A stretch of 64,000 nucleotides of DNA from Candidatus Eiseniibacteriota bacterium (GTDB lineage: Bacteria; Eisenbacteria; RBG-16-71-46; SZUA-252), in assembly GCA_963703225.1 (NCBI GenBank), contig OY969801.1, forward strand, positions 1,856,001 to 1,920,000, in the 5' to 3' direction. Under the pieces are notes generated by a model. That model made no database searches. It saw nothing but the letters and a program-made list of their open reading frames with translations, and had not been told where the DNA came from. A program made the translations under genes and the position numbers. Positions 60,301-64,000 of this stretch are shown in pieces; position 1 is the stretch's first letter, and each line of letters starts with the position of its first letter.

Positions 60301-61807
60301 GGGTCACCTCCTCGAACACAGCCGGATTGACGTCATAGATCGGCGTGGGCGGATGCCCTGGGCCACTCTGGGGCTCCGACTCTTCCGCGAGGATGTAGTG
60401 GTGGTCGGCCAGGAGCCCGAGGGGCGGATCCCAGTCGTCCGGCCTCTCGACCTGTCGCCGCAGATCGCGGTGTAGATCGGCCCGAGAGAACCGGGTCATC
60501 CGGTGCCTCTTGATCCATCCCAGCACGTCTTGAGCGAGTTCGGCCCTGGAGTCCGATCCCATCATGTGATAGGCGGCAATCGCATGCGGGATGAGGTACT
60601 GCTCCATGATCGCCCACGCCTTGAGGGCCGACCCGGCGGAGATCGGTATCTCCCACGGTCGGGGATTCTCCCCGTGTTCCATGAGGTGGAGGATTCCGCA
60701 GAGGCGACCCATTCCCCCGGCCGCGCGCGACCCCCAATCGGTCATGTGGCAAAGCTCTCCCTCCGGCTGCATCCTCGATTGCACCGAGCGATGGAGGGCC
60801 ACCCAGTGGTCCTCGGCCTTGTCCGCGAATCGGAGCACATAAGGCTCGACCGGGATCGGCACATCGAGAAGGGCTCGCAAGACGGTCCGACGACGCAAAC
60901 GAACGCCGTCATCAATCGCGGGAGACTCCGGCTTCAGGAATCCGACCCTGCTATGCGGCACAGAACACCAGAACCGGGCGATCACGCCGCGACCACGGAA
61001 GCCCTCGCGCTTCGCCAGACCTCGGAGAACCTCCGGCTGCGTCGTGAGGGCCATACCGATGTGAGGCTTGGGGACGTGCTTCGCCTCGCGCCCGATGCGG
61101 TCCACTAGGTGATCGTCTCCGGAGTAACCCTTCAAGTAGAGGTCGAGGTTGGGGGCTCGATCACGGCTGTACCGGCCCGACATCAGGTCAAACGTGCTGC
61201 CGCCCTCGGGCGACGTAATCAGGATCCGCCCACCCTGGGCAGCTAGGACGTCCGCGAGCTTCTCCACTGAGATGTCGTCCACAGAGAGCCGAGGGGCGAC
61301 GACAGGGGCTTGGTGGAGATTCGATACCTCGCGCGCGAGCGCCTTCACATCCTGGGCCTCTTTGCTGGTCCAGTCGCCGCCGGTCTTCGCAAGATGCTCC
61401 TGGCCCTGACGAGCGCCTTCTCCATGCTCTTCACCCGGGAGCGGTACTCCCATACCTCATATCTCATCGCCTTGGCCCGCTCCGCTTCCCACTCGCGGAC
61501 CGGCTCCAACGCCACCTGGTAGGTGGAACTCTTGCGATCACCCGTTGGAAGGCTCACCAGCACCCAGGGATCGAAGGGTTCGCGGTGCCCGCCCGGGAGA
61601 CGGACATTGAATTTCTTGGCCCCGGCCGCTCCCACAAGGGCGAGGTCGAGCATTGCAGTCAGATCAACCGGGACCTGGACGGATTCCGCGCACTGCTTCG
61701 CCCACTCGCAGAATGGCGTAGGCAGAGCCTCAGGGATGAACTCGGGACCGTGAACCCGATCCAATGGAATGACGGGCTCCCGATCCGTCGAACATGGAAG
61801 GCGTCAT
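60284..61807 (-). CDS. DUF3987/YfjI-family protein (apparent frameshifts near 61783 and 61400)
   Basis: AESVQVPVDL, LPTGDRKSST, VDDISVEKL, SPEGG, VDRIGR, TTQP, RGVIARF; ATG 61807 follows GGAGG and overlaps the upstream stop. Confidence 0.85.
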
Positions 61808-62028
61808 TTGGCGCCTCCGAGATCAGAGGGTCGCCACGGCGACGTTGACATCTCGCGCTCTTCGGCGACAACGGAGACGACGCCTGGAGGGGATTCGGCT
61901 AGGAGCTTGTGGACGAACTCTTCAGCGAGGGCGCGGTGCTTGAAGAGCCGTACGGCGGTGGGTTTGTTCGTTAACCAGCGGGAGTCCCGCCAGCTTATTC
62001 TCAACTGCGTGCGCGAAGTGATAGCCAT
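61804..62028 (-). CDS. Small hypothetical protein of the element
   Basis: 74-aa ORF whose stop overlaps the DUF3987 start (ATGA). Confidence 0.45.
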   Translation of the reverse strand: MAITSRTQLRISWRDSRWLTNKPTAVRLFKHRALAEEFVHKLLAESPPGVVSVVAEEREMSTSPWRPSDLGGAK

Positions 62029-62472
62029 GTAGCCCTTTCACGGCCGTTGTCTTCGGTGATCGAAGTGCGGCCCAGGGTTTCAATGGCTTCGCGCTTCCCG
62101 CGCTTGTGCTCACGCGGTTACTGCTCGCCGATCTACGGGTGGTGCGTCCGCCTCGCGCATAAGTGGCTCACAAGAACGCTCGGCGGGCTGCGCTGACCTA
62201 CTGCCTGTTTCGGATTCGTAGTCTCCGATACGCCTCCTGTCCCGATAGGGTCATGACCATGTTGGGGGACCCCTGCCATGCGGTCTTCATGAGTAGGGGT
62301 TCGCTGTGGGCTCCCCGATCGGCCTTTCGGATGGCGTAGTACTTGCGCCTCTCGGTGCGCGTACTTGCGACCTCGCCGCATGGAGCTTGCGACCGATGAC
62401 TACCAGACGTTCATCCATCAGCCAATTCCCTCTTAGGCTTGGCGGGGTTGACCAAAGCCCTCATAGCCGCCG

Positions 62473-62643
62473 TCAACCGACGCGCCGGTGTCCCCGCCGC
62501 CCGACTACCGATATAGAGCCGGAGCGCCGCGTCATAACCGGACGGGCAGAGCGTGCCCCATTTGGCAACACCCCACGACGCTCAAGCTGGCGAAGCAAAC
62601 TCTCCCCCACTCCAAACTTCGCCGCGACCTTCGCTCGTGTCAT
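62473..62643 (-). CDS. MerR/AlpA-like HTH protein (C-terminus uncertain)
   Basis: MTRAKVAAKFGVGESLLRQLERRGVLP; GAGGTG upstream. Confidence 0.55.
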   Translation of the reverse strand: MTRAKVAAKFGVGESLLRQLERRGVLPNGARSARPVMTRRSGSISVVGRRGHRRVG

Positions 62644-62824
62644 CTTCACCTCTGCCGAACAACAAAAAAGAGCCGCGCCTGGCGGTGGGAGCAGAGTCCA
62701 CCTTGGCGTAGCCCTTAGCGCGGCTTCCCTACCCAAGTACTGGGATACTGTGTGCCGCGTCCAATCACAGCTCCTATATTGAAGCCAGGACGAGCCTAGA
62801 AGCTAACGAGTTCTCGTCAGGTTG

Positions 62825-63270
62825 TCAAGGAGCCTTGTTTCCAAGCTGGTCCTCTCCGAAGAATGCAGTAACTTCGCCCTGCTTATTCAGACGAACAATG
62901 AAAGGCCGTGGATATTTCTTGAGGAGCCGACCGATTCGAGGCCTTGCCTTAATGAAAGCCTCTGCCATTTGTGGTCCCGTCCAGTCGCCCCTCGTCAGCT
63001 GAAAAACCGCTAAGTTGCAGGCGACAATGGCAGCCTTCTCGGTGCGGTCGGTAACGGGTCCTGTAGTCCTTGCTCAATAGAATGTACCCCTTCTCGCCGA
63101 CCATGGCGAAAAGCTCGGGATCCGAGAGTCCCGTTGGGATGTCTATACCCTGGATGACTACAGAGAACCCGTTCACAGGGAGACCTGCTACACCCTTTCC
63201 GAGAGACTCTTCTACGAAGAAGGTGTAGCCCTCAAGCGGCTTGTCGGGGCTGTTGCTCGCAGCGGAGCGT
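62825..63270 (-). CDS. VapC45-like PIN-domain toxin (frameshift near 63045; start approximate)
   Basis: YTFFVEESLGK, LSDPELF, GYILLSKDYRTRYR, then EKAAIVACNLAVFQLTRGDWTGPQMAEAF. Confidence 0.75.
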
Positions 63271-63952
63271 CTTCAATCTCTACCATCGATCGACCATAAT
63301 CCTCAGCTAGCTCTCCGGTCGATTCGCCAGCGGCCCACCGCTCGTACACCACTGAGGAGCAATCCGGGTATTACTGATGACCGGGCGCCCAGCCAGAACA
63401 TAAGGGTCGAGTACGACGAGTTTGGGTGTCTCCGGATCGGTTGAGTCTCGTGAGCGGGGAGTAGCTTCGTTACCCCCTCCGGTCGCGCTCCACCCGCCTC
63501 AAGTACAGTTTGAGGCACTCGCGTATCGCGGACTGCCCGCCTGCAGTGAGGTCGATAGTGTCTCCGCTCCCAAGACGGTCCATGAAGATGTCCACTCCAG
63601 AGGTTGAAGTTCGGACTCAATGAGCGGGTGTCGACTCAGAGGGAAAATATCCCTGAGAAGCTCTATCGCCCGGGCGGATCCGCTGGAGGGGGATGCCATG
63701 CGAGACCCTCAGGGCATTGCATAGGTGGGCTTCGCACACGTTCGTGAACGAGAGGAGGTTCACACTGAGGTCGGGATGTCGATGACCGGCGGAAGGTTTT
63801 GTGCTTCCCATGAGAGAGATAGTCCTGTCCACAGTTCACGCTCGCAGCGTTGAAACGGGGATGTCCAGATACCTGGCAGCTTCCGTAAGACCATAAACAG
63901 GAACGCTGCGCGGGTCCCGGCCACCATAAATGTCATTGGCTGGCTTCAACAT
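63232..63952 (-). CDS. VapB45-like HTH-DUF433 antitoxin (several frameshifts and one in-frame TGA as sequenced)
   Basis: DIYGGRDPRSVPVYGLTEAARYLDIPVSTLR, LLSFTNVCEAH, HPL, VVLDPYVLAGRPVI, ends RQAA; overlaps the toxin. Confidence 0.75.
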
Positions 63953-64000
63953 TCCTTGGCCCACCCCACCTTGGGTGCACAACCGGCTTAGATCAGATTA

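Larger units (their letters stand above)
57859..64000. mobile_element. Integrative element (satellite/IME-like) inserted in tRNA-Cys; continues beyond the window
   Basis: att fragment, tyrosine integrase, Xis-like HTH, DUF3987, TA pair; visibly lower GC than the host genes. Confidence 0.88.

Noticed and set aside
62133..62420. Further small element genes between the HTH and 62028
   Set aside because: Probably coding, but the frame cannot be resolved given local errors and no motif was recognised.

Overview
High-GC bacterial chromosome segment, probably an uncorrected long-read assembly: many ordinary genes carry single-base frameshifts. Left to right: (1) VOC protein, transaldolase, glucokinase and class I aldolase. 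(2) A minus-strand operon for alternative complex III (actA-B-C-D-E-F), an extra membrane-anchored di-heme cytochrome c, an A2-type aa3 oxidase (subunits II and I, no subunit III gene) and ctaA/ctaB/ctaG. (3) Divergent from it, the classical menaquinone pathway (menF-D-H-B-A-C-E, a convergent thioesterase and menG) and ispG. (4) Assorted genes: EamA, DinB, epimerase, Ser/Thr kinase-TPR, SIMPL. (5) An uncharacterised electron-transfer cluster with 19-, 9- and 18-heme cytochromes (46 CxxCH counted by eye), two different b-type cytochromes and a Rieske protein. Beside it lie a repeat-bearing mono-heme cytochrome c and a NarL-type regulator whose receiver lacks the phospho-Asp and carries a Cys/His insert. 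(6) Cysteine synthase, a cyclic beta-1,2-glucan synthase and a cold-shock protein. (7) From 57859 to the window end, an element integrated in a tRNA-Cys gene, with integrase, two RHH proteins, Xis-like HTH, DUF3987, a repeat-flanked cargo gene and a VapBC45-like TA pair. The best candidates for novelty are the 46-heme Rieske/dual-cytochrome-b cluster and the neighbouring pseudo-receiver regulator. All family calls come from motif recognition, not database searches.
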